Below are positions 36,601 through 50,363 of a stretch of 64,000 nucleotides of DNA, in pieces (the stretch's first letter is position 1; each line of letters opens with the position of its first letter). Location: NCBI GenBank assembly GCA_012295275.1, contig CM022668.1, forward strand, positions 496,001 to 560,000. The letters are read 5' to 3'. Under the pieces are notes generated by a model, which saw nothing but the letters and a program-made list of their open reading frames with translations, did not search any database and was not told the origin of the DNA. Both the position numbers and the translations under genes were made by a program. Origin of the DNA: Chrysomallon squamiferum (lineage: Eukaryota > Animalia > Mollusca).

Positions 36601-39600
36601 AATTAAGCAAGTTTTTGTCATGTATATGAGTGGCCAACTCACATCATAGACTGATCTCATTTTTCAGTCTCAGCTTTGACAGGTCTTTGTTCTCTGTTAA
36701 AATGTGAACTGCTCTACATTTCTCTCATTACTTTGTTTTGTCATTTAAAGTATTTTTGTTAATATTGTTTAGGATATATTTTTGAGATACTCACAGTAAT
36801 TCAGACATTTTTCATTTTCAAATTACTTATTTCTTGTTATTTTTTAATTTGAGATTGATTATGTGTTAAAGGATATTACTGAGACATTTACAATAATTTC
36901 TATTATTGTTTTTTGTAATTAAAAAAAAGATATATCTATATATATTTTTTTTATTACATTTTTACAATATATAAATCTGTTGGATTTTGTGGTATCAGAT
37001 AATTTGCTGTTATATAGCCTTCAATTTACCATTTTATTATTTTGTAATATTTTTGTACAACAGAGTGTGTGTGTGTGTGTGTGTGTGCTCAAACTTTAGA
37101 ATGATTAAGTAAATTACAAATTTTTCATTTGTTAATTGCATACCATAGTATTATTTTCTTATATGTTTGAGGAAATAATTTTGTAATAATTTTTAATTAA
37201 TTAATTTTGTATTTTAAAACTGATAAGCATCTGTTTTTATTTGTTCTTAATTAATGTCAGTACTTGAAATAATGTTCTAATTTGTAAAGGCCACTGCCAT
37301 ATTTTTATTTTTGTAATTATTAATATTTATTTTATATCATTAAAGCTGTGTTCTTAATTGTTAAAGTCACCTAAATATTGTTTATATTGTTAATGTTACA
37401 AATGCAAGTTGTTTAACATTGTTTTATTTTATTTTTTTATAATTGTGTTACATTTTAATTAATTATGGTCAATAAAATAATACCAGCATGGTTGTAAGTT
37501 TTACATTACTAATATTAATTTTATTTTATTTCACTATGAACAGATATTGGTAATGATATATATATATTATATGTATAATATGTCAAATAATTGGAAAAAT
37601 TTACAATATTATTTTATATCAGTCACTAACTAGTTATATTTCTTTTCTAAATTGTGAATTCACAAAGAAGTACAAAATAATATTACTTTACATATTATTA
37701 TTATTATTATTATAACTAATTCAACTAAGTTATTAACTTAATGTAAAGGTTAGTGGATAGGTATCTAAATTACAAGGTGTTTTCTTCCCATCATAATTAT
37801 TCCTTACTTTTTCGTTTTTGTTCATTTTCTGTTTGTTGTCTTTTTCTTTCACCATTCACTCTTTCTTTGCTTTTCTATTCAACATTTATTTTTTGTTCAT
37901 TCATTTATTTATTTATTCATTATGTCAGTCTAGACATGTTAATGCATATCCACTGAAGTTACACATACCACACCGTTTAATCAAACTTTAATCAGAAACA
38001 GATTCATTAATCAAACAAACAACAGCAGCAAATGTATAGGCCTAATTAAAAAGCCTTTATAAACTATTACTTTGTGCTCTAAAAAAAGGACCAAGATTGT
38101 GGTTTTGTCCAAAATTCATAACTGTAAGTAGGGTTTTGTATGATCGGGTTTAGTGCAGTGGCATCCAGCACATTAATAGTTTACATCTGAGCTTTCTAAC
38201 AGGTGTGTAAGTAATTCTGACAGATGCATTTGTTTTCTCTATTCTTGTTTGTTTACTTACCTGTTTTATTTATCATCTGACAAAACAGTGTTATATGACT
38301 GATTTGAACATTGCTGAATGTTCTGTAACATTCAATAAAGAATATTAACAAATGAGTGATGGAATTGCTGATTTTGTCTAGACATCATTAAGTTAATTAA
38401 CATGGTTAAAACTGATTTGAAAATATTTATCTGGAATATTAGTTTTATCATTTATACCAAGAATTAAGTTAATATAAGTTGTAAGTTTTATATATGCCAT
38501 TAATGACACAGATTACACTGCCTTATTTAGTATCAAAACAACAAACCCAAAATAAAGTGAAAAAATGTAAACCATACCTTGCTGCCAAATGCTTATTAAA
38601 AAAGGCCAAAGTTTCAAGGTTCTCTCCTATGACCTCTATGTTCATCTCAGAGAGCAGCCATGTTGTGCATCTTCTTCTCAGACCCAGAACCCCAAGATTT
38701 CAGTAATGCCCATATATATTAGATTCCTGAGGATGTCAGTGAAAAGAGAAAAGCCAGTCTGAAGGACAGATACCAAAGCTGTTTTTTTTTTGTTGGATTT
38801 ATTTTTTTGGCATATTTGGCTGTTAACTTCATTTCTAAATTTCTAAAATTAAAGTTTGTTGTAGAATAGTATCCTGTAAAAGGGCATTGCATATGGTCAA
38901 ACAGAATTTGCATATATTGGCAGTTAAAAGCAGTTTCATTACTTATTATAATTATGAATAGATATTTATTTAATATCTGTCATTGATTTCTTTTCTCTAT
39001 TTCATATAATGATACCAGACAATCTGAAGATTATATACAAACAAAAATTAGTAATTTGGTAGAATCATCTATAATCAGTATATGCAAAAGAACTGTATAT
39101 AATAAAACACAGTTTTATAGATATCTGCATTTTACAGTAAACAAAGACAAGATTATCTGTCTTTTTCACAACTGTCTAATTTTTTTTACATCGAATTTGA
39201 AATTTGCTACATATGTTGTTATATGCACAGAAATGTCTCATCATTACTAGTTTTAGTTTTCATTGTAATCAATGGATCATGGATAATGTACTGTTATGGA
39301 TGGATAATGTTACATACATAAGTAATGGATGTTTCATATTTAAAATTTCCATCATAACTTCACAGTATTAATTTAAATTTTAATTTACTTTTTATATCAC
39401 CATGGCTAATTTTCATTTTTAAACTGTAACTGTTTTTAACTTTACTCTGTTATAACAGCTACAGATATTTCATCACATTTATCATTTTCCAGTCTTTTAG
39501 TTGTTTTTAAGAACTATACAGAAAGACAGACACTTGGAAGTAAGATGAGTAAAGATTTGCAAGAAGTAGCTGTTTGAAGTGTATTAGACAGAAAACATCT

Positions 39601-40660
39601 TCTCAGCTAAAAGATGATTCTTGTTGATAATGCACATGCTGGGCCCAGTTGCATAAATCTCACTCTGTAATAAATAAAATGCTGAAAGGCTGTATAAATT
39701 GTATTTGGTAAAATAATAATAATAAAAAAAAAATTAAAATTAAAATTGGGAATAAGAAATATATTGTGAATCAGAAAAATGTTTATTGTGAACTGGAAAA
39801 AAATCTTTATTGTGAAAGAGAAAACGATCTGTTGTGAAATAGAGAATAATAATTAAAAAAATATTAAAATACTGGTTGTGAAGTAAGAAGCTATGTTTTA
39901 AACAAAAGCAGGATCTACCATGAAAAAGAAAAGCTTATATCAAGTTATATCTTAAAGTGGCAGAATTGTTATTGTTTTTGTTTTTTAAAGTAGGTGAGAT
40001 TTTAGTGAGGAGTAAGAAGCATATGAGTGAAATAAAAATAAAAAAATGTATATAGAAAAATCTTTTTCAATTGTTTTCTATGAAATAGGAAAAGGTTCCT
40101 ACTTGGAACAGGGTTTTTTTCTATTAGATAAAGTACTTATCTGTATATGTTTATGTAATGTGTGTGTGTATATATATATATATCCTTTGATGTTACATTC
40201 TTCTCAGTACCTTATATAATGTTTTTTAAATGTATTAGTATCTGCATAAATAATAATTATATTCAGTTCTTTCTTTCTGTTTTTCCTTTTTTGTTGTTTA
40301 AATCACAATTCACATGTTCATTTCAGTACCTTTACCTATTTATATGTAGATTTCAAATTTCATTTTATAGCATGGCCTATATTTTATCCTTTCACTATTT
40401 TTAATATATTTTTTATACAGTATTCATGTCTACATTTAATGTAAATCATGAATATAATTCAGCACAAACCTCATCCACTGGATTCATTTAACAATTGCTT
40501 TTAAGAATCATTTCATTAATCTGTTTTTTCTTTAGTTTTATTTGATACAATATCTATGGCTTTGCAGTATAAGTTAGTTTTTAACTTGGTTTTTAACTTT
40601 ATAATAAGACATAACTTGTCAGTATTTTTCTGTTTTATTATTTATTTATTTATTTATTCA

Positions 40661-40691
<31 letters not shown>

Positions 40692-43600
40692 AGGAAAAGA
40701 AAAAATACATTAAAGATAAAAAAGGAAAAAAAATTAAATAAAATAAATGAAGAAAAAATGTATTACATTTTACCTATTAATATTTTAAAATTATCTTACT
40801 AGATTGATGCTATTGGGCCAGTTTGGTGCCAGCTGGAATTGCCTTAGTATGAATACTGGAGGCTATGTCATTGTAATGAGGCTCTTCCCTTAACCCTAGC
40901 TCTTATTGAGTTATTCCCCCCCCCCTCAATGTTTCTGTAAGGTAACACAGCTGCTTTCAATAATAAGTTGTTCAGACAAAATTCATATCCCATTCATACT
41001 TCTATTTTTAACCTTTTGTCTTCTTCTTCCATGTTTTTCCATTCTATCCATCTTTCATCCCATTCTTTTTTCTCACCTCCATACATCTTCTTTCCTCAAC
41101 TCTAAGCTTCTTCCTCTTTCTGAAGACGTAGAATAACCTATATCTTGGAATGAGAAGTACAGCTCAATTCATTGTAATGAACCCTTCCTGTCTGTACACC
41201 CCCCCATCTCTCTGAAAGTATAGAATAACACTGATGCATCGTGGGATGGGTGCACTCTGGGACTGATAATACAGATTGTAATGAGCCTTGTAGAATTTTC
41301 TTAGTTTATAGTTGTGTAGTTTGTCTATGGTTTGGAAATGTTCATACAAAACATGGATATTTTATTCTACCAGTTTTAAAGCTTGCAGAAAAAGTTTGAT
41401 GTAGTTTAAATTTAACAGCTGGAACAGTAATGGAATTAACTAGTTAAATAAGCATTGTGTGTTCTTTTAAAATTAAAAACATATACATATAAAAAAATAT
41501 ATAATCTTTAATAGGAAATGAAAAAATATATATTGGTGCTAAGAGGAACTGCTGTAGTAAACTTAAAAGATGCAAGAAGCTGGGGTTTTTTTGTTGTTCT
41601 TTTTCTTAATTATTATTATTATTATGTAAATTAAAAAGAAACAAATTAGTGTTTCAAAAAACTTTCTGGAATTAAGTTGGAATTTTTCATTTGGAATTTA
41701 AACATTATTTCTTAAAATTAGGAAGCAAAGAAAATGTGTTGTTCCATGGCAAACTGTTTTTGGAACATATATTTTTTCTTTGTGGATCATATTTGATGAT
41801 GCTTCATGTCTGTGAATTCTTTGTTTTTCATTGGATTTTAAAAGTTGATACTTGAAAAGGGGAAAGTTTTTTTGTGATTGTGGATTTGTGGAATCTTGCT
41901 TTTATTAGAAGTATGTCAGGTAAATGTATCATTTCTGGTGTTACAAGTATCTGCTTTGTTTAATTTAAAATAATGATGAATTACAATATTATTAATAATT
42001 ATAATAAAAAATACAGTTAATAAATTTAAATTTAAAAAAAAAGAATAAAATATTTCTTAAGTAACAGTAAAATTTGCTTCAGAATTTGAAACTTTTTACA
42101 TTTTATCAAATGTAGGATATGTATATATACCGTATATATTTGTGTACAAGGCAACCTTATGTATAAGTCGATGTGTATTTTAAGACCAAAAATTGCGTCA
42201 TTTTAGGTATTACTTATGTATAAGTCGACTGTAGATTCCAGGCACCGTCGCTATTTTTAGACCAGTGTGACAGTGCCATGAAGGCCTACATTGTACGCCT
42301 ACTGTAACATAACTTGCACAAGCTGTAACTTGCACGAACATACCATAATAATGTAAATGCATGTATTACACGAGCTATAGCCTAAATCATTGCAAGACGC
42401 CGTAAGGCATAACGCCGTACTGATGGTTTTCTCACTTTAAAATGTATTTTTATGTCATTAAACGGAAGAATATCATGTTTTACATTCATATTTGGTTTTG
42501 TTATTTAATTTTTCAAAAAATTTTATACGATAAAATTATATTTTTGAAAAGCTGAAAGACCGCGATTATTTTAGATGCATCCCGTAGCAAAAATAGTCAA
42601 AATGGCAACTCTTCAGCAACAGCTACAAAAGCATTACCTATGTATAAGTCGACCCCCAAAATATTACCTTAATATATTCTCCCAAAAATTCGACTTATAC
42701 ACAAGTATATACGGTGTATATATATATATATATATAAAATGATAAAATCGTAATCAAAGAATTAAAAAATTAAATTAATTTTGACAGATATAGAATGTAA
42801 CATTGCATGAATTTTAAATATTAATTATATTTTAGAAGAATCTGTAGTTGTAAATAATATTAATTATGTGACAATCACCACAAAAGCCACAAATCAGTCT
42901 GACAACATCTTTAAGTAAACTTTGGCTTATCCAGTCATGGTAGAAATTTACTTACCTTGTTCTTGATGCTAAAATTTCTCCACAAACACAGACCAGATGG
43001 TATAATAACATTAATGATGGCACCATCTGGTGTTAGTGACCTTTGACCTTTAGGATAAAACAAACTGAAGACATTAGTTTGGATTTTGATGCGAAGTTCT
43101 TTTTGGATCAGTTAGTCAGTTTATTGTGGATTACTAGAAAATGTATTGTTCTGTAGAAAATAGATTATATTGGAGTTATTAGATTCTAAAATTCATCATG
43201 GATTACTGTCAGATGGATTATAGAATTCATAATTAAGTGTATTCAGTGATCTGAAGTAGACTTTAAAGATCGGATTGATATTTTTATAATCTGGAGTTTC
43301 ATCTTACAGTTCATTTTTGATTAAATTAATTATGGAAGGGACTTAAAGATTGTAGTTCAAGAGAGATTACTTTGATAGTAACATGACTTTAAAGATTATA
43401 ATATAATTTGTATTTATAATAGTTTAGGATTCAAACAAATATTTCATTTTTGATCAGATGGTGTACATTTAAAGATTATTGTTCATTTTGAATAATGTGT
43501 TCATAATTTTTTATTGATACAGTTGTTATCAGGATTAACATGGTTAAAAATTAACTTACAAAGTTGTAATTTTTGTTAATGTGGTTACAATTGAATTTAA

Positions 43601-46600
43601 CTGTTTTGATTGATTAATAATTCAGTTAATTAGATTAAGTAATATTAAATTTGTAAGTTTATCTACAATCAAATAAATTTACAATCCATGAAATATGTTG
43701 TTAATATTATAATCAGAAAAATGTAATTTTATAACATTTTAGAAAAATAACTATAAATTATTATGTTAAATCTTGATCAGTTAGAAACCATAATTTTTCA
43801 GCTATTCATTTACTTAGGTAAAGCAGATATAGTGGATCAGAAAATTTCATTTTGATGTTTTTTTTCTCTTCTGGAAACACTGAAAATGTTATCCTAATGT
43901 AACTATGATGTAATTAAAATTAAATTATTTTTTATGTATTGGTAATTAGCAAGGGCTGCATTATAATTGAATAATGGTATTTTGTCAAGTAGAAAATGGA
44001 ATCAATTTCAACAGATGGTTTTAACTGACAGACCATTATTTTGGGGGTTTTGGAAACTAGTGTTTAGGTTTAATCATTAATTATCAAAAATTATATCTGT
44101 CTTAAAAGTAATTATAAAATATTATAATTGATAGTTTACAGAGAAAAATAACCAATTTATTATATGTGTCAAGTATATTTAAATTCCTTAATAATTTTTA
44201 CTTTTAATGTTACCATGGCAGTGAAAAGATATTGAGGTATTGTTACACAGAAATCTATTTGTAATATATTCTAAAAAACTAATAGTGGATTGCATTTTAG
44301 GAATGCATCTCTGGTTCATAAAGGAGGTGTTCTGGGAATACAAACTTCAAATACAAATTTAATTGGGTAAGGAAAATAGATAAATGATACATAAGTATCT
44401 GTATTAAAATAATAGTAAAAAACAATTAAGAATTTAAAAAACAAAATTTTTAGAGATTAAAATTATAATTTTAGATGTTTTTAGATTAGATAATTAATTA
44501 AGTAATTAATTTTTAGCTTGTTTTTAAAAAAAATTAAAAAAAATACATGTAAATAAAAAACATTATTTTAAAAAGATTTAAAATTTTCTAAATAATTTTC
44601 AGAAAACTTGTCATCATATTATATAATGAGGAAGGCAAGGAAATGTTACATGGATAACAACACAAATGTCTGATGTAACAATCTGTCTAGTTTGAGCAAC
44701 ATTGTGTCTAATTCTCTGAGTGATTTAAAACTTGTTCTAATGAACAGCCTGTCCAGAATATTGTGGATTTATACAACGCTGTCTAATTTTGCATTTGACA
44801 AAAAAAATGACATTGTGTTCAGACTGGATGTGAAAAATGAATCTTTTAGAGGAATGTTAATCTGAGTTCTGCAGTTATACATTTTATCTTTAGAAAATAT
44901 TTTTTCTTGAAACAAAGAATGTTTATGTAAATTGTTTAAAATTAAAAAAATAATAATAATAATAAACCATTGTATAAAAGAAAAAAATAACATTGTGTTC
45001 AGACTGGATGTGAAAAATGAATCTTTTAGAGGAATGTTAATCCGAGTTCTGCAGTTATACATTTTATCTTGAGAAAATATTTTTTTCTTGAAACAAAGAA
45101 TGTTTGTGTAAATTGTTTAAAATTAAAAAAATAATAATAATAATAAACATTTTATAAAATAAAAAAATTAAAATAAAAACAGTTTTAAATCTGACAAAAA
45201 CAATGGAAAAGTGTGTCCTGGTATTTCAGTACTGATAGATCATTGTGAATATCTGTCTGGATTAGTTCATTGGATTATTACTCAGTGGATTAACATAAAC
45301 ATGATTATCAACATTGATAAACCCACACCAAAGACATTTGCCAGGATTAAAGCTAAACAGCTTTTATTAATACAAGAGTAAGTATTATTAAATTCAGTAA
45401 ATTTTTCATATATATATTTATATATTTTTTTTAAGTTCATTATTTTTATCTGTATTTGTAAATTATTTGTTTGTTTATTGTTGTTGTTTTGTTTAAGTTT
45501 AATTTTCTTGAAGACGTCAACATACCCATTGACAAAATAATATGAAACTTTGTCTACTGTTCAATTTTATATCCTTTTCTTGCACATGTGCACTCATACA
45601 TACACATATATAATGCTAATCATGTCTGTTTCTCCCTTACTATGTCTTACATCCAAACTTTCTGTCTTTGACATACATTTCTTCTTTTTATTTCCAACCA
45701 TTTCTTTTCCTTTCTGACTGCATCACTGCACTTTACTACATCTGTGTTTATGTATCTTATTCATTCTTTTTCTTTCTAAACCTCTCTTTCATTCTCTATT
45801 TAATTCATGCTCATCTCATACTGTTCTCTTTCTCATTTATTCTCATTCTTTGATTTCATCACCCCAGTACACTTTCTTGTGTTATATACTAGTGTCAATA
45901 CATAAACAGCTGTTTACAATTTGTTTATTGTTACCTGTCAGTTTTGTTTATTCTGTCAGACTGGAGCTAATTGGCTGACACATTCACTGTGTAATATGGG
46001 TATAACAAGCAACACAGTGATTCCATTTAAAAATAACAGTGGCTGAGATGGGGAATATGAAAGTGGGTTACAGCTTACAGACAGATAATTTTATTTGCTG
46101 CTGTATTTGAAGAAATGTACAGTATTTCTTAAGAAGTTCTGTATAATAATTATTTTATCACAAAAAACACTTTTCTGTTTATTGACAGAGAGAGTGCCAA
46201 CATATTTGTGTGTTGTACAAAGATTCCCGGCATGAAAGACATGCTTAAACCATTTTCAGTTGCTCTGAGTTAATAAGCAGACGTTTAATTGTAGAATAAT
46301 TTATTTATGACTTGTACAATGGTGTCTCGCATGCTAGGCATGTCTGAAAAATATTTTGTTTATTTGATTATTTTGCAAAATTCAAGATATTTGGCATATT
46401 TAAATCAACCTTGTTTTCAGCAAAATCATGTGATCATGAAACAATTCTTTAAATTATTCTTGCACAGTTACAGATGTTAGAAGGTTTCTTTAAGATTCTA
46501 GAATTATAATAATATATAATAATTTTTAAAATTCCAGGTACATTTTAGTATGTCGATCTCAGCATATTGCCCATTGCTAATTTGTGTTAGTATTACACAA

Positions 46601-49600
46601 TTTAATTTTACGTAAGTTAATTATAAGTGTGTGTGCATGTTTCTTATAAAAATTATGATTTATTTCTCAATCTTTTCATATGTAATTTCACTTCCTATAT
46701 ATAAAATAATTAAGTTATCTCTATGTCTTGATTACATTCTCTGATTTCCTATGTATAAAATAATTAAGAGTAGCACTTACAGGAAACACTTTGATATGTA
46801 GGGTTGTTAGTTACATACTGGTACTGCTTTTACCATATTTACTCTGTTACAGGCTCTTTCTTGTAAAATAGTAATATTAAATAATAGAAAATAAAAGATG
46901 AAACAAAAAAACCCACAAAGTAAGTAAACACAAATAAGTACATGGATATGAGTTTCTAATTCTGTTCTTTGTAATGTATTTTCTTGTTGGCTGAGTTTAT
47001 CAAATGTATAAGAAAAGTTAATGTCAGATAATGAAGGGAAGTGGTGAGCTATCTGCCCTCAATAGGTGGTGCAGTTGGTACCCGACCAGTGACTGCATTG
47101 TTTACAGACAAAAGGTTTGCTAACAGTGGGAAGTTGTAATAATGCCTCATACTTGCTGCCAAAATGCCAAAAGAAGACAATTTTTTTTCACCATAATAAA
47201 AACTGGTTGCCCATGACAGCACATATCTATTGTCCAATTTATCACAAAACTTAACCAATCAGAAAAATGGTTTATATGAAAATTGTATTAGAATAAATAT
47301 TATTTTAAATATCATTAAACTTACAAACAAACTTGTTCTCTTGCTACATATTTCTTAATATAAAATATTTCATTCTTTAAAAAAATGTTTATATGATTTT
47401 TGGTTTTTATATATTAGTAATACAAATATAATAAGGATTAAATTAATTAATATAGTTACCAAGAGTTTCTTCTCTTAAAGATTTAAAATAGTATTTCATC
47501 ATGTTCCATGATTAGATGAGTTAAAAAAATCATCAATAAAATGCACTCTGTACTAATTGTAATCTTTTATTTTTTGATGTTTTTTTTTTATATATAAAAA
47601 TAGCTAAAAGTGATATAGTCACTGATAATTTAAAAATAATAATTTATAATTTATAACGTTATTAAAATAAATACGACAAGAAAAGCAAATATTGCAAATG
47701 GGGTGAAAGACATTACTTTCCATTCGAGTATCAAATACAAGGAGCAGGCAATATATCCAAATAGGTAAAAGTTATTAAAATAACTTTTCATTTCTTCTAT
47801 CTTCCAACAAAAAAAAAAAAATGCTGAAAAATTCACGCAATTAAAATTTATACTTATATTATTATATTCATATTAATAAAGTCAAAAATATTAATGTTGA
47901 TATGCATCCATTCTAATATGAAAATTACTTCAGAAATTACATCTTGTTAGGTAACAAGGACAAGGTGCTATGTTGGTTTTATTGAGATAACTTGTGCACC
48001 ATTGACCAGGATTATCTTCTGATGTGCTTTAAAGTTTTTTTCACAATCTCTGGTAGTCTGTAATGTCCATTATATATTTAATATTTTGTTTTAATAATAA
48101 AATATGACGACAAAATAAATTCATAAAATGCATTATATAATTTTCATTTATCATGGCAAGATTTCATAACTCAAAGCATAATGTTTACAAATATTTATGT
48201 AGAGTACGGTAAAATTGACTTTGACAGAAAAATAAAATGGAGGTTAAGAAAAGTTGTGGAAGAAAATATGAGATTTACATTGTCCATTGTTCAATAAGTA
48301 TACAATAGTGACATGTCACTGAGTGTCACTGAGGTTTGTGATAAATTAGATATCTTACCTTGTGTAGTGAACAGAGAAAAGCTGATGTGTGATGTAAATA
48401 ACCAGGATAAACTACACAGTAATATACAAGCTGTAGGTAACAGTGAGGTTTTTATTTTTGACAGGTATGTTTTACTTATTTATGCTTGCATTTCTTTGTT
48501 TATTACATCATTTGACATTTTGTTTTATTTTTATATGTAGTACATAAAGATGGGTAATTTTCCCAGAAGACGACAAACTGAGAAGTTTTATATGTTTAGT
48601 GTGTGTGTGTATGTCTGGGTGTGTTAAAATGATGCCTTGTAAAAGTATGCAATAAAATAATTGAAGACTATTAAAACCATTATGATACACATTATTTGTT
48701 CATGTAACTATTTATTTTTTCAAAAATAACTTAATATTTTGGTGTGGTTTTTTTTAAGGCAAGGTGCATGACCCATTTCTAACAGGCATTGCTACATTAA
48801 AATATAAATAAGTAAAATTATATTTCTTTTGATAATTTTTGCAAAATATCTTGTCTAAATGTTTAATCATTACCTTTTCTTTGTGTATGAAGGACAGCAG
48901 GTTGCATTTGTAAATAAAAGTAAAGGAAAAAATATCGTGATCAGAAGTACATGCAGTCACCAGTTTTAATATGGAAAAGTAATTTATGTGTAACTTTAAA
49001 ATTTGTTTAATAAATCAACTTCTTAAGTCACAAGACAAGACCTTTATATATTTATTTGTGCTTCATTACCAAACACTTTGGCAAATGTGGAAAAAGAAAA
49101 AAGGTTTTAATAGGAAATTATAAAAAAATTGTGTTAATTTAATTTAAATGATCTGATATGTCAGTGTTTGTTGCATATGTTTCAGATGTAATAAAATAAA
49201 AAGACTAAAGCATCATAAAATAGCAGTGACAGTAATGGTACACATATGGCAGTAATGAGTACCACAGCTGAAAATAAAGACTAGGAGCAGGAGGAAATAG
49301 TTATAAAAAATATAAATACCAAGTGCATTTATTTTGAAAGAGAGAAATAATTTAACATAAAAATAATAACTATTTTTCTAATACTTTTTAGGGGTTACTT
49401 TGTTGTGATTGTTGGTTCCTTGTTTATATATACATATGTTTAGATTTGCAAAATCTGACGACTGTTTAAGACATGCTAATGATATTTTGTTGTTGATTTT
49501 GTAAGTGTAATTTTCACATTTTGTACAGAAAACCTAATAGAAACATCTGTGTATGTGCATGCATGTGTGTCCAGACTGAAAAAGGAACTTTTTTCTTCAT

Positions 49601-49909
49601 ATTACCTCTCTTTAAAATGATAATATTGACAAAGTCTCATGGTTAAACTTTTGTTCTATTTGTATTTATTTATCAGTGCTAAAAAATGCTGTTCATATTT
49701 TTTTGCTGACATTAAAAGGTGGTGTTCATATTTATTTATTAGTGCTAAAATATCTGCAGTGGACAATAAGACAAATTTGATGCAGTACTGCAGTAATTAT
49801 CAGCACATTTTATTGAAAGAGCAGGACAGGCTGCCCTCCTATTCTTGCCCAGGGGAAACGCTGAATCTATCTACCATGTATGCATGTGGTTTTGTGCGTG
49901 TGTTTAGAC

Positions 49910-49967
<58 letters not shown>

Positions 49968-50298
49968 CAGTAATGCATATATTCACAACACACTATACAC
50001 ATACTCATATACATAAATGCATTTATTATTATTAAAGTGAAGAACCAACAACAGTATGCTATTTATTTATTAACTTGATAAACTGCATTGGCAATATTAT
50101 ACATTTACATTAAGTTAATTTCATGTGACACCTAACAAAGTGTTTTCTGTACCACACCTATGCAGAAAGTGATATAAACATGTAAAAATATTTCTTGAGT
50201 AATTCTGTATAAAAATATAAAATAAAATGATGTTAAAAGATAAAACATCATTTATAATATAAATCTAAAACAAAACATTGTTTCTTAGTCCTTTTTGT

Positions 50299-50363
<65 letters not shown>

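Noticed and set aside
41913-43817. Other ATG-donor segments (ATGTCAG|GTAAAT at 41913-41919; [18 protein letters not shown] at 43763-43817)
   Set aside because: Phase 1, so incompatible with exon 50408, and donors are weaker; could be non-coding exons but cannot be supported from sequence
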